Below are positions 29,586 to 39,748 of a stretch of 64,000 bases of DNA, piece by piece. How positions within the stretch are numbered: the stretch's first letter is position 1; each line of letters begins with the position of its first letter. Location of the stretch: positions 19,150 through 83,149 of the forward strand of contig DULZ01000022.1 of assembly GCA_012840125.1 (NCBI GenBank), given 5' to 3'. Below the pieces are notes generated by a model, which did no database searches, was not told where the DNA came from, and saw only the letters and a list, made by a program, of their open reading frames with translations. A program made the translations under genes and the position numbers. Source of the DNA: Clostridia bacterium (GTDB taxonomy: Bacteria; Bacillota; DULZ01).

Positions 29586-30397
29586 GTTATCCGGCCCTCT
29601 CTCAAGATGTCGTTTTTCCTTACATGGTGCAGCGCATCGGCGAAAGCAGGGCGAAAACTGCCGGGACCATTGTCCCCGGTTTTCCGGGCCGCCAATTCCC
29701 CGGCGATGTTAAAGGCAAGCAAGCCGGTAATGCCGGCCAGCCAGGGATCCTGGGGAGCCACTCCCAGGCAGGCGGCCATGACACCTCCCACCATGCAGCC
29801 GGCGCCGGTGATCTGCTGGAAGTATTCGGTGCCGTTGCTGACGGTGACGATGCCGCCCGGTCCTGCCACCACATCCACTTTGCCGGTGGCAACAACGGTG
29901 GTGTCATGCCGGAGACTTAAATCCCGGCAAGCCTGTACCAATCCTTCCCCTTCTTCCAGGGAATCCACTCCTTTCGCTTTCCCGGCTAAGCCGGCAAGGC
30001 TCTTGATTTCCGCCCCGTTGCCTTTAACCACTTTGACAAATCCCATGGACATCAGTTCATGACTCAAGTACACCCGGTTGGACAGAACCCCGCAGCCTAC
30101 CGGGTCCAAGACGCCGGGGATGCCGTGGTCCCGGGCGGCCCGGCCGGCAGCCATGATGCCCTGCTGTTGGATGTCGGTTAAGGTGCCGATGTTGATGTAC
30201 AGGGCGGCCGCCAGCGGGGTGAAGACCGCTGCTTCGTCAGGATGTTCCACCATGGCCGGGGATGCCCCCGCCGCAATGATGACATTGGCTACGTCGTTGA
30301 TGGTGACGTAGTTGGTGATGCAGTGGACTAAAGGGTTCTTGGCTCTTACTTCTTCCCACAAGGACGCGCATGCTGAAAGTACCTGGCTGGTTTCCAT
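29564..30397 (-). CDS. thiM: hydroxyethylthiazole kinase ThiM
   Basis: ThiM fold with GAGCM... motifs. GAGGAGG RBS. Confidence 0.85.
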   Translation of the reverse strand: METSQVLSACASLWEEVRAKNPLVHCITNYVTINDVANVIIAAGASPAMVEHPDEAAVFTPLAAALYINIGTLTDIQQQGIMAAGRAARDHGIPGVLDPVGCGVLSNRVYLSHELMSMGFVKVVKGNGAEIKSLAGLAGKAKGVDSLEEGEGLVQACRDLSLRHDTTVVATGKVDVVAGPGGIVTVSNGTEYFQQITGAGCMVGGVMAACLGVAPQDPWLAGITGLLAFNIAGELAARKTGDNGPGSFRPAFADALHHVRKNDILREGRITWQKRTE

Positions 30398-30424
30398 TTT
30401 CGTACCTCCTCAGGCGAAAAATAA

Positions 30425-30565
30425 AGGTGAACCAGCCCAGTCAGGTTCACCTTTGATTTCGAAAAATCACTGCAAACACTTTCCTACGCTGGTATTAACC
30501 AGATCAGGTTAAAAGGGTCAGAAGCTCTTGCTTCTATCTCAGCCCCAGACCAGGAGCTCCCCTAG
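30425..30565 (-). ncRNA. TPP (THI-box) riboswitch with terminator platform
   Basis: Minus strand reads GGGGAGCUCCUGG...GGCUGAGA...ACCCUUUUAACCUGAUCUGGUUAAUACCAGCGUAGGAAAG (THI-box core). A GTGAACC...GGTTCAC hairpin and T-run follow, upstream of thiM. Confidence 0.8.
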
Positions 30566-30731
30566 TGTTTGGTATTCAGCTGTTCATTGGATTAAAACCA
30601 TTATATCTTTCCTTTCCAGGCCAAGTCAAGGCAAAAGAGGAAAACAATTGTTGTTGTCAAGTGTACAGTAGTGGACACTTACTGGACAGGAGGGACACAA
30701 ATTAGAACCGGGATTGGCGGGCCGGACGGGC

Positions 30732-30747
30732 TGGTATCGATTTTGCA
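30732..30747 (+). promoter_or_regulatory. sigma-54 (-24/-12) promoter: CTGGTAT-N5-TTGCA
   Basis: GG at 30733-34 and GC at 30745-46 with the exact 10-nt gap, about 45 nt upstream of the thiolase ATG. GTGTACA/TGGACAC-type repeats at 30655-30700 are candidate UAS. Confidence 0.55.
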
Positions 30748-30794
30748 TTAACAGACTATACAGAATATTGAAAATAGGGTAAGGAGATGGTTTG

Positions 30795-31946
30795 ATGCGG
30801 GAAGCGGTGATTGTGGAAGCGGTAAGAACTCCGATCGGTCGCCGGAAGGGGATGTTGAGCGGCATCCGGCCGGAAGAATTGGCCGCCCTGGTCCTCAAGG
30901 AAGTGGTGCGGCGGGCGGGGATCGAACCTCACCTAGTTGAGGATGTCATCATGGGTTGTGTTACCCAGTCGGGAGAGCAGGGTTTCTGCCTGGGCCGGGT
31001 GGCGGCGTTGATTGCGGACTTTCCGATGCACGTTCCCGGGCTGGCCATTGACCGCCAGTGCGGCTCCAGCCAGCAGGCGATTCATTTCGCCGCCCAGGCC
31101 ATCATCAGCGGGGATATGGACGTGGTGATTGCCGCCGGGGTAGAACACATGACCCGGGTGCCCATGGGCTCCAATTTTCTAGGGACCCCATACAGCGAAG
31201 CCCTCACTTCTCGTTATGAGATCATCAACCAAGGGCTTTCCGCTGAGAGAATTGCCCGGAAATGGGGCTTCAGCCGGCGCCAACTGGAAGAATTCGCCCT
31301 GGAGAGCCACCGCCGGGCCATTCAAGCCCAGGACGAGGGGCGGTTTGACCGGGAGATTATGCCCGTCGAAGTGACCCTGCCCGACGGGACTACGGCCGTG
31401 TTTAAGCAGGATGAAGGACCGCGGCGGGATACCTCGTTGGAAAAACTGGCGGCTCTCAAGCCGGCCTTTATGGAAGACGGTATGATTACCGCAGGGGTTT
31501 CCAGCCAGATCAGCGACGGGGCCGCGGCGGTGCTGTTGATGTCCAATGAAATGGCCCGGGAGTTAGGGCTGAAGCCCCGGGCCCGGGTCATCGGCCGGGT
31601 GGTGGTTGGGTCTGACCCCACTTTGATGCTCACCGGTCCCATTCCGGCTACGGAAAAAGTGCTGAAGCGGACGGGTTTACGCCTGGAGGACATTGATGTG
31701 TTCGAAGTCAATGAAGCCTTTGCGCCGGTGGTGCTGGCCTGGCTGGCTGATACCGGAGCCGATCCGGCGAAGGTCAACCCTAACGGCGGCGCCATCGCCT
31801 TAGGCCATCCCCTGGGTGCCAGCGGGGCGCGGCTCATGACAACGATGCTGCATGAATTGGAAAGAACCGGCGGGCGCTTTGGCCTGCAGACCATGTGCGA
31901 AGGATACGGGATGGCCAACGCCACGATTATCGAAAGGCTTGATTAA
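30795..31946 (+). CDS. acetyl-CoA C-acetyltransferase (thiolase II)
   Basis: Thiolase active-site regions (QCGSSQQA around the Cys, and C-terminal CEGYGMA). Confidence 0.85.
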   Translation: MREAVIVEAVRTPIGRRKGMLSGIRPEELAALVLKEVVRRAGIEPHLVEDVIMGCVTQSGEQGFCLGRVAALIADFPMHVPGLAIDRQCGSSQQAIHFAAQAIISGDMDVVIAAGVEHMTRVPMGSNFLGTPYSEALTSRYEIINQGLSAERIARKWGFSRRQLEEFALESHRRAIQAQDEGRFDREIMPVEVTLPDGTTAVFKQDEGPRRDTSLEKLAALKPAFMEDGMITAGVSSQISDGAAAVLLMSNEMARELGLKPRARVIGRVVVGSDPTLMLTGPIPATEKVLKRTGLRLEDIDVFEVNEAFAPVVLAWLADTGADPAKVNPNGGAIALGHPLGASGARLMTTMLHELERTGGRFGLQTMCEGYGMANATIIERLD

Positions 31947-31970
31947 TGCCCTGGGAAGGAGAGATGAAAG

Positions 31971-32738
31971 ATGGAAATGAAAAATAAAGTCGCTTTTGTT
32001 ACCGGAGGAGCTTCCGGCCTCGGGGAAGCTACCGTCAGGAAGGTGGTGGCCCTGGGCGGCAAGGCTGTCATTTTCGACCTGGATGAGGCCAGAGCGAAAA
32101 AACTGATGGAGGAATTGGGGGAGACGGTGCTGTTTGTCAAAGGTGACGTGACCAAGGAGGCGGATGTGTCCGCCGCCGTGGAAGAAGCTTGCGCCAAGGG
32201 CGGGGGTATTCACCTGGTGGTCAACTGCGCCGGCATCGCCATTGCGCAAAAAGTCCTCGGCAAGAAAGGCGTGCATGATTTAGAGAGTTTCCATAAAGTG
32301 ATCAATGTGAACCTCTGCGGCACTTTCAACGTGATCCGCCTGGCGGTGGCCCGGATGGTCAATAACGAGCCGAACCAGCACGGGGAGCGGGGGGTCATCA
32401 TTAACACTGCCTCCATTGCCGCTTTTGAGGGCCAGATCGGCCAAGCCGCCTACAGCGCCTCCAAAGGCGGGGTGGTGGGGATGACGCTGCCGCTGGCGAG
32501 GGAGTTCGCCCCTTACGGCATCCGGGTGGTCACCATTGTGCCCGGTATTTTTGAGACCCCCATGTTTGACCAGTTACCGGAAGCGGCGAAACAAGCCCTC
32601 GGCGCCATGGTACCTTTCCCGTCCCGTTTAGGTTACCCGGAAGAATATGCCCTGCTGGTGCAAAGCATCGTAGAGAACCCCATGCTGAACGGCACTTATA
32701 TCCGCCTGGACGGGGCGATCCGGATGCAGCCTAAATAG
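31971..32738 (+). CDS. short-chain dehydrogenase/reductase, 3-hydroxyacyl-CoA dehydrogenase type-II-like
   Basis: TGGASGLG Rossmann motif and YSASK catalytic motif. Confidence 0.85.
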   Translation: MEMKNKVAFVTGGASGLGEATVRKVVALGGKAVIFDLDEARAKKLMEELGETVLFVKGDVTKEADVSAAVEEACAKGGGIHLVVNCAGIAIAQKVLGKKGVHDLESFHKVINVNLCGTFNVIRLAVARMVNNEPNQHGERGVIINTASIAAFEGQIGQAAYSASKGGVVGMTLPLAREFAPYGIRVVTIVPGIFETPMFDQLPEAAKQALGAMVPFPSRLGYPEEYALLVQSIVENPMLNGTYIRLDGAIRMQPK

Positions 32739-32754
32739 CCGGAGGTGTCGCCAC

Positions 32755-33939
32755 GTGTATGCCTTGTTAGAAGGCTTGCGGGTGCTGGATTTGACCAGGC
32801 TCTTGCCCGGCGGTTATGCCACCCAGCTTTTGGGAGACTTAGGGGCCGAAGTGTTGAAGGTCGAGGACCCATGGCAAGGGGATTACATGCGCTGGATGCC
32901 GCCCCGTCTTCCCGGGACAAAGGAGAGCAGTCTTTTCTGGGGGCTTAATCGCAATAAGAAGAGCATGACATTAAATTTAAAAAGCAAAGGGGGCAAGGAG
33001 ATCTTCCTCAACCTGGTAAGAAGGTATGATGTAGTGGTGGAAGGATTCCGCCCCGGGGTGATGGAGGAACTGGGTTTAGGTTACGAGGCTCTTAAAGAGG
33101 TTAATCCCGGCCTCATCATGTGCTCCATTTCCGGGTATGGCCAGGACGGACCTTACCGGGAACGGGCCGGTCATGACCTGAATTTTGTCGCCCTGGCGGG
33201 GGTTTTAGGGCTGACGGGGGAGGCCCCGGACCGTGCCCCGGTGGTTCCCCCGGTCCAGTTCGGAGACCTGGGCGGGGGCGCTTTGATGGCCGTGGTGGGT
33301 ATCCTAGCGGCCTGTCTTGCCCGGCAGCGCACCGGCCGGGGACAGTATATCGATGTCTCCATGCTGGACGGGATGATTTCCTTGATGACCATGGTCTTCA
33401 TGGAAGCCGGGGCGGCCGGTCCCGGGCACCTGCAGCGGGGGAACATGCTTCTCACCGGTGCTCTGGCCAACTACAATATCTATCAAACGAAAGACGGCAA
33501 GTACCTGGCCCTAGCGGCCTTTGAGGACAAGTTCTGGCAGCGGTTCTGCCGTATCATTGAGCGGGAGGACCTGGCCCGGCGGGATCACCTGCAGGATCCG
33601 GCGGTGCAGGAGGAAATCATGCAGGTTTTCCGGGGCAAGACCAGGGACGAGTGGATGGCGTTACTGGGGGGAGAAGATATTTGCTGTGAGCCGGTCCTGG
33701 AACCGGCAGAAGTAAAGGAGCACCCCCAGGTGATCGCCCGCCGGATGTTCATGGAGCTTACCCATTCCGGGGCCGGCCCGGTGGAGGTGGTGGCCCCGCC
33801 GCTGAAGTTTCCCGGTGCGCCGCCCCGGGAGGTCTTACCCCCGCCCGGTTACGGGGAGCATACGGTGGAGGTGCTCACGGGGGAACTTGGTTTGACGCCG
33901 GAAGAGATACAGAAGCTAAAAGAAGAAGGTGTGCTCTAA
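32755..33939 (+). CDS. family-III CoA-transferase (CaiB/BaiF/MCR-like)
   Basis: LxGxRVLDL N-terminus and conserved Asp region, typical of CoA-transferase family III. Confidence 0.8.
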   Translation: MYALLEGLRVLDLTRLLPGGYATQLLGDLGAEVLKVEDPWQGDYMRWMPPRLPGTKESSLFWGLNRNKKSMTLNLKSKGGKEIFLNLVRRYDVVVEGFRPGVMEELGLGYEALKEVNPGLIMCSISGYGQDGPYRERAGHDLNFVALAGVLGLTGEAPDRAPVVPPVQFGDLGGGALMAVVGILAACLARQRTGRGQYIDVSMLDGMISLMTMVFMEAGAAGPGHLQRGNMLLTGALANYNIYQTKDGKYLALAAFEDKFWQRFCRIIEREDLARRDHLQDPAVQEEIMQVFRGKTRDEWMALLGGEDICCEPVLEPAEVKEHPQVIARRMFMELTHSGAGPVEVVAPPLKFPGAPPREVLPPPGYGEHTVEVLTGELGLTPEEIQKLKEEGVL

Positions 33940-34031
33940 AATGGAAGGAGTTATTCCTTCCATTTCTTTAAAGGAGAACAGGGAGGGCATACCGAATAAT
34001 CTCACAGGACGGCGGAAAGGGGGAAAAGGCC

Positions 34032-36113
34032 ATGCGGTTGGGTGACATGATGACCACTAATGTTCCCCTTTTAAAAGCGGAAGATACCCTGGCCCATGCG
34101 GTGAAGCTGCTGCGGAAAACTAAGCTTGACGGGATACCGGTCGTGGATGACACCGGGTTATTGATCGGGATTTTTACCAAGGCCAATTTAATGGACGCTT
34201 TCCTGGCAGGAGCCGGGCCGGGAGAAACCATCACTCCCTATTACCAAAAAAGAGTGTTAGCGGCGCGGGTGGATACCCCTTACGAAAAAGTGGAAGAAGC
34301 GGTCAAGACCAGTCCCGTGGGTACGGGGGTGGTAGTGGATGATCGGAATAATGTGGTGGGCATTTTCACCAAAGTCGATATGATCATGTCCCTCTTCAAA
34401 AGGACGGAGAGGCTGGCCAACCAGCTCACCACCGTTTATCATTCCATGCATAACGGGGTGATTGTGGTGGGCCGGGATTACCGGGTGGAGCTCATCAATC
34501 AATCGGCAGCCAACATCCTGCAGCTGGACCGGGCCGGCGTGACGGGCAAGCCTTTCCGGGAGATGTTTCCCGGGATGGACCTGGCGCCGGTCATTGAACA
34601 GTCCCAGTGGCACATCGGCCTGAAAGCCAACTGGTACGGTGTGACCGTCATGTGCAATGTCAGCCCCTTGACGGCAGGAGGGCAGGCGGTGGGAGCCATC
34701 ATTATTTTCCAGCCCCTGACGGAATTGGACCGGATTGCTTCGGAGCTGGAAACGACGAAAGAACTCTATGAAACCTTGTTGACGGTGTTGAATATTGCTT
34801 ATGAGGCGATTGTGCTGATCAATGAGGAAGGCAAGATTTCCCTGGTGAATGAAGCCGCCTGCCGGTTTTTCCGCAAGCGGGAAGAGGAATTGCTAAACAG
34901 GGCCATCGAGGAAGTAATGCCCAATTCCCGGCTGCCGCGGACCCTCAAGACAGGGATGGCGGAAACCAATGAGGTGCAGATGATTGAAGGCCAACCTTGT
35001 ATTGTCAGCCGCAGCCCCATCGTGCGCAAGGGCAAAGTCATCGGGGTGGTTGGGAAAATCACTTATCAAAAACTGGAGGAAGTGCGGGAGTTATCGGAAA
35101 AACTGGCGGAAATGGACCGGGAACTGAGCTATTACCGTTCCAAAGCGGAAGAAGCCAGGCAGTTGGTGACTTTTCGTCACATCGTCACGGTGAATAAAGA
35201 GATGCAGACCATCAAGCAGGAAGCGGAAAGGGTGGCCCGGGGGAATTCCACGGTGCTTTTGACCGGGGAAAGCGGTACCGGGAAGGAACTGTTTGCGGAA
35301 GCCATCCATAATGCCAGCCCCCGGCGGCAAAAACCCTTTATCCAGCTCAACTGCGCTGCCATTCCTGATAACTTGGCGGAGTCGGAACTCTTCGGCTATG
35401 CCCCCGGAGCTTTTACCGGGGCCCAGCGGGAAGGGAAGCCGGGCAAGTTTGCCCTGGCCAACGGGGGTACCTTGTTTTTGGATGAAATAGGGGATATGCC
35501 TTTCAACCTGCAGGGTAAGCTGCTGCGCTTCTTAGAAGACCAGACTTTTAGCCCGGTCGGCAGCACGCAAACCGTAAAAGTGGACGTGCGCATTATAGCG
35601 GCTACCAACCAGGATTTGTGGCGCAAGGTGGAAGCCGGGGCGTTTCGCCGGGACTTGTATTACCGGCTGAATGTGATTAACTTTCATTTGCTTCCCTTGC
35701 GGGAGCGGTCGGAGGACATCATCCCCCTGACCTACTTGTTCCTTGAGAAGTTTAACGAGACCTTTGGGGTACATATTACGGACATCGCGCCGGAGGTGAA
35801 AACGGCTTTATTGGCCCATGCTTGGCCGGGCAATGTGCGGGAATTGAGGAACGTTCTGGAGCGGGCGGTGAACTATTCCACGGGCCGGGTGCTGGAACTT
35901 GATGCCCTGCCTTACTACCTGCGCCAGGGACAAGGGCCCGGTATGGCACGACTAAATCATACGACCGTGGGCCGGCAGAAGGAGCATTTAGACCGGGATG
36001 TTTTATTGGCAGCATTGGAGGCCCACGGGGGCAACAAATCCGCCGCCGCGAAAGCCTTAGGTATCAGCCGGTCCTGGTTGTATGAGAAACTGCGGCAGTA
36101 CGATTTGCTGTAA
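34032..36113 (+). CDS. sigma-54-dependent transcriptional activator with tandem CBS, PAS, AAA+ and HTH domains
   Basis: Walker [15 protein letters not shown] sigma-54 contact motif and C-terminal Fis-type HTH. N-terminal CBS pair and PAS. Confidence 0.85.
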   Translation: MRLGDMMTTNVPLLKAEDTLAHAVKLLRKTKLDGIPVVDDTGLLIGIFTKANLMDAFLAGAGPGETITPYYQKRVLAARVDTPYEKVEEAVKTSPVGTGVVVDDRNNVVGIFTKVDMIMSLFKRTERLANQLTTVYHSMHNGVIVVGRDYRVELINQSAANILQLDRAGVTGKPFREMFPGMDLAPVIEQSQWHIGLKANWYGVTVMCNVSPLTAGGQAVGAIIIFQPLTELDRIASELETTKELYETLLTVLNIAYEAIVLINEEGKISLVNEAACRFFRKREEELLNRAIEEVMPNSRLPRTLKTGMAETNEVQMIEGQPCIVSRSPIVRKGKVIGVVGKITYQKLEEVRELSEKLAEMDRELSYYRSKAEEARQLVTFRHIVTVNKEMQTIKQEAERVARGNSTVLLTGESGTGKELFAEAIHNASPRRQKPFIQLNCAAIPDNLAESELFGYAPGAFTGAQREGKPGKFALANGGTLFLDEIGDMPFNLQGKLLRFLEDQTFSPVGSTQTVKVDVRIIAATNQDLWRKVEAGAFRRDLYYRLNVINFHLLPLRERSEDIIPLTYLFLEKFNETFGVHITDIAPEVKTALLAHAWPGNVRELRNVLERAVNYSTGRVLELDALPYYLRQGQGPGMARLNHTTVGRQKEHLDRDVLLAALEAHGGNKSAAAKALGISRSWLYEKLRQYDLL

Positions 36114-36201
36114 TACGGGGCCGCCGGGCAAGATGACACCGGGTGGCTGAGCGGGAGTGGAATTGGTATAATGAGATTGTCAACCTTAGCGAAAGGGGGC
36201 G

Positions 36202-37326
36202 GTGGAGCTGGAGTGGCTGCACCTCACTGAGTTGTTTACGAGAGACTACCAGGCTGCGTCCCTGGTCATACAGCAAATCACCATTGCTGCTGGTATCTTT
36301 TTGCTTTTCTTGCTGCTGCAGCGTTTTCTGGCCAGGGAGATCATAGCTTTAATACTGCGCATTGCGAAACAGACACCTACTGAATTTGATGATCAACTGG
36401 TCAAGGCTTTTGAAAAACCGCTCCAGTTGTTTTTCGTGGTGCTGGGCATCTACCTGGCGCTGATGTACCTGCCCCTGCGCCCGGAGTATAACCAAGCGGT
36501 GATTAAACTATTTCGTTCGGTGCTCATTATTCTGGCCACCTACGGTTTTTACAACCTGGCGGGCAGTCACGAGATTTCCGGTACCGGCTTGACCAAGTGG
36601 TTCGGCATTGAATTGGATAAAAGCCTGGTGCCGTTTCTCTCCAAAGCGGTCAGAATACTGATCGTGTTTTTGGGATTCGTTATTGTAGCCGGGGAATGGG
36701 ATTTCGATGTGAACGGTTTCCTGGCCGGTATCGGCCTGGGGGGATTAGCCTTTGCCCTGGCGGCCCAGGATACGGCGGCCAATATCGTGGGGGGATTTGT
36801 GATCCTTACGGATAAACCTTTCAGCATCGGTGACTGGATTCAAACCCCAAGTTTGGAGGGTACGGTGGAGGATATTAATTTCCGCAGTACGAAAATCAGG
36901 ACTTTTGCCGATGCCCTGGTCACGGTGCCGAACTCCACCCTTGCCAAGGAGCCCATCACCAACTGGAGCCGGATGGGAAAAAGAAGAATAACTTTTAAAT
37001 TAACGGTACCATTCGACACCCCTCGCGAGAGTCTAGAAAGATGTGTAACCGGCATTGAAGAGATGCTGCGGGCGCACCCGGAGATCCACCAGCAGACCAT
37101 TTTTTCCCGGTTTGACAGCATTGGCAATTACGGTTATGAAATATTCCTTTACTTTTTCACCAAGACCACCGTCTGGGCGGAATTCCTGCGGGTCAAGGAA
37201 GACGTGAATTACCGGATCCTGGCCATCATGGAAAGGGAAGGAGTAACCCTGGCTATGCCCAGTACCAGCGTCTACATGGTTGCCCAGCCGGAAGAAAGAG
37301 GGCTTAAAGGGTTTCCTGAAGCGTGA
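36202..37326 (+). CDS. MscS-family mechanosensitive channel
   Basis: N-terminal TM helices plus the conserved MscS beta-domain region (PFSIGDWI, GTVEDINFRSTKIRT). An extended -10 TGGTATAAT lies upstream. Confidence 0.8.
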   Translation: MELEWLHLTELFTRDYQAASLVIQQITIAAGIFLLFLLLQRFLAREIIALILRIAKQTPTEFDDQLVKAFEKPLQLFFVVLGIYLALMYLPLRPEYNQAVIKLFRSVLIILATYGFYNLAGSHEISGTGLTKWFGIELDKSLVPFLSKAVRILIVFLGFVIVAGEWDFDVNGFLAGIGLGGLAFALAAQDTAANIVGGFVILTDKPFSIGDWIQTPSLEGTVEDINFRSTKIRTFADALVTVPNSTLAKEPITNWSRMGKRRITFKLTVPFDTPRESLERCVTGIEEMLRAHPEIHQQTIFSRFDSIGNYGYEIFLYFFTKTTVWAEFLRVKEDVNYRILAIMEREGVTLAMPSTSVYMVAQPEERGLKGFPEA

Positions 37327-38165
37327 TGCCCTGACGCCTCAAGGGGCGGGGATTCCTTACCCTTTCCTGCGTAACACTTGCTACACCGGGTATTTCCCGG
37401 CCCCCAGGAACTGAAGGGCGCTGTGGAGCCCGGCAAGCTTTTCTCCCTGGCCCGGGGCAAGGCTATCAACTTTGTCTCCGGGGAAGGCGTGGCTAAAAGG
37501 GCGGCGATGATCCTGACCACGGCAGGCTACCTGTTATAGGTGAAAAACCATTACTATTCAATAAACACGATAAATATTATCATTTCTTTAGTGCTAATAA
37601 TTGTTTGCAAAAGTCTTAATAGAATTCCTAATCTGCGGCACCAGGGGTTAGCGAGCAAAGCGCCGGCGGTTAAGACAGGATACACAGGGCATTGTCAGGT
37701 AGAAACATTCTGAACGTAAAATCTTTTGATACTTGGCTATAACTTGCAAATCAAACCGGCCCCGCCTTTTGACAACCAACCGGCGCATCTCCCTTTCCCA
37801 TGTGCAGAGACTGCAAATCGAATAAGATTCTGTTCCAAGGATTCTTCACGTTTGTACAGAAACGCAGCAGCTAAAATAATTATAAGAACCGGCTGGGACT
37901 TGCCCCAATAAGCAGCTAGATATCTGATTCTTCAGCAGTAAAATGAGTGGGACAAGGATCCTGTCCGAATGTCCCTAGACGGAAGGGTTAATGAGAATTG
38001 GTTCTATATGGCAAACAGTGTTCATCCCTATTTGCGAAAACTAGTTGGCTCTATTCTACCGGTTATATCAGGGCGGAAAGACATCTGCTTATGGAGCCCT
38101 TGCTGCATCAACATCACAAAATGGGTTTCCCGACCGAGACATAAAAAACAGTCGGGAGCATTGGA

Positions 38166-38200
38166 AAAGCCTGCAACCACAGCGGTTTGCAGGTTTTTTG
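38166..38200 (+). terminator. intrinsic terminator ending an AT-rich noncoding element
   Basis: GCCTGCAA ccacagcggt TTGCAGG followed by TTTTTT. Confidence 0.55.
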
Positions 38201-38273
38201 TGTCATTGCACCTCAACCGGAACATTGGACAAGATGTATGAAGCTTTGTTACCCAACTAATTCACAAATAAAA

Positions 38274-38302
38274 TTGACAGCGAAAAAACACGATCATATA
38301 AT
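38274..38302 (+). promoter_or_regulatory. sigma-A promoter (TTGACA-17-TATAAT) for the BASS-family transporter
   Basis: Perfect consensus hexamers, followed by GGTAAGGAG RBS. Confidence 0.5.
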
Positions 38303-38333
38303 AAAAATAACATATGGTAAGGAGTTGTGACCC

Positions 38334-39317
38334 ATGTTTATCCGTCTTTTCCTTTATCCTTCAAATAATCTACCAATCGTCATACCCGTGGTTTTAATTA
38401 TTGGCTTTATCGTTGGTTCCTTGACGGACTTGTCAGCATTAAAAAACTGGATTTTGCCTGCAACTTTTTGTATGATTTACCCCACGATGATCGGCTTCCG
38501 GCTTCAAGAAGCCTTTAACTTATCTCATGGCAAAGTGGTTTTTTGGTCTGTGGTGATCAATTTTATTTTCATTCCTCTGCTGGCCTATGGATTGGGTATT
38601 AGTTTTTTCCGGGATCATCCCCAAGTGTTCGCCGGGTTGGCTATCGCCTCCCTACTACCCACCAGCGGCATGACGATTTCATGGACCATGTTGAGCAAAG
38701 GAAACGTGGCAGCGGCTGTTAAAATGACGGTCATCGGGTTGTTAACCGGTTCTTTCCTTGCGCCCTTGTACTTGCTATGGATGGTGGGAAAATATGTGCC
38801 CGTCGATGTGCTGCAAATATTCCGCACCATTATTGTGGTAGTGGTGGCTCCCCTGATCCTGGGATATTTTACTCATAAGTGGTTACTGAAACGTTATTCT
38901 CCACAGGAATTCCAGCACCGCATCAAGCCGTACCTACCCGCGATTAGCATCTGGGCCATGCTTTTCGTTATCTTTGCCAGTACAAGTATGAGGGCCAAAA
39001 TGATCCTGAGTGAGCCCCAAATTCTTTTAAGCGCTGCTATTGTATTGATGGTTTTCTACCTGGGGAATTTCCTGCTGAGCACTCTGGTCGGTAGGTGGCA
39101 GTTCGACCGAAATGATGCCCTGGCGCTGGTATACGGTACAGTAATGAGGAACCTGTCTATTTCCCTGGGGATTGCCGTTTCCGCTTTTGGCTCGGAAGCC
39201 GCCCTGGTGATTACCTTAGCATTTATTATCCAAGTACAAGGAGCAGCCTGGTATGCCAAGCTGGCGGAATCGATGGGGTTCTTCTCCCCGGTTAAAGCCC
39301 AAAGCCATAAAATATAG
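38334..39317 (+). CDS. bile acid:sodium symporter (BASS/SBF) family transporter
   Basis: About 10 TM with an SBF-like profile. Related to the ACR3/BART superfamily. Confidence 0.7.
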   Translation: MFIRLFLYPSNNLPIVIPVVLIIGFIVGSLTDLSALKNWILPATFCMIYPTMIGFRLQEAFNLSHGKVVFWSVVINFIFIPLLAYGLGISFFRDHPQVFAGLAIASLLPTSGMTISWTMLSKGNVAAAVKMTVIGLLTGSFLAPLYLLWMVGKYVPVDVLQIFRTIIVVVVAPLILGYFTHKWLLKRYSPQEFQHRIKPYLPAISIWAMLFVIFASTSMRAKMILSEPQILLSAAIVLMVFYLGNFLLSTLVGRWQFDRNDALALVYGTVMRNLSISLGIAVSAFGSEAALVITLAFIIQVQGAAWYAKLAESMGFFSPVKAQSHKI

Positions 39318-39511
39318 CGAAGTCATTTGGACACAAAAAGGACACAGGTGAATGATACGTTCTCATGGTCCCAGGCCTGAATTCCGGTTATTTCGGGTGT
39401 CTAATCCAATGAGAGCATATTAAGTTTCCCTTGTGTCCTTATGTTGTATATTTACAAACTGATATAAAAAACCACGGGGCGAAAAAACCCCGTGGTTACT
39501 ATGTTTATTAC

Positions 39512-39586
39512 TGGTGGGCACGGCTGGTTTCGAACCAGCGACCTCTTGAATGTGAGTCAAGCGCTCTCCCACTGAGCTACGCGCCC
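39512..39586 (-). tRNA. tRNA-Val (anticodon CAC)
   Basis: Revcomp is GGGCGCG-TA-GCTCAGTGGGAGAGC...CTCACAT...GGTTCGAAACC...CGTGCCCACCA. A downstream hairpin plus T-run lies at 39460-39500. Confidence 0.85.
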
Positions 39587-39748
39587 ATGCCGTTGTCTTA
39601 ATCTATTTTAAAACTCTTAGACCGTCACTGTCAAGAGATAGGGAGTAATTAATTCATGGCAAATCCAAGGGAAAGCCGGGAGGAGCGGATATTTGAAAAA
39701 CAATAATGTTGTGGTAGACTTAGATCAAGTTGCATTTCATGGATAATC

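Noticed and set aside
37969-38260. 90-aa and 71-aa ORFs in the AT-rich element upstream of the BASS transporter
   Set aside because: Both run through the intrinsic terminator hairpin, lack an RBS, and have a Cys/Trp/Arg-rich AT-driven composition.
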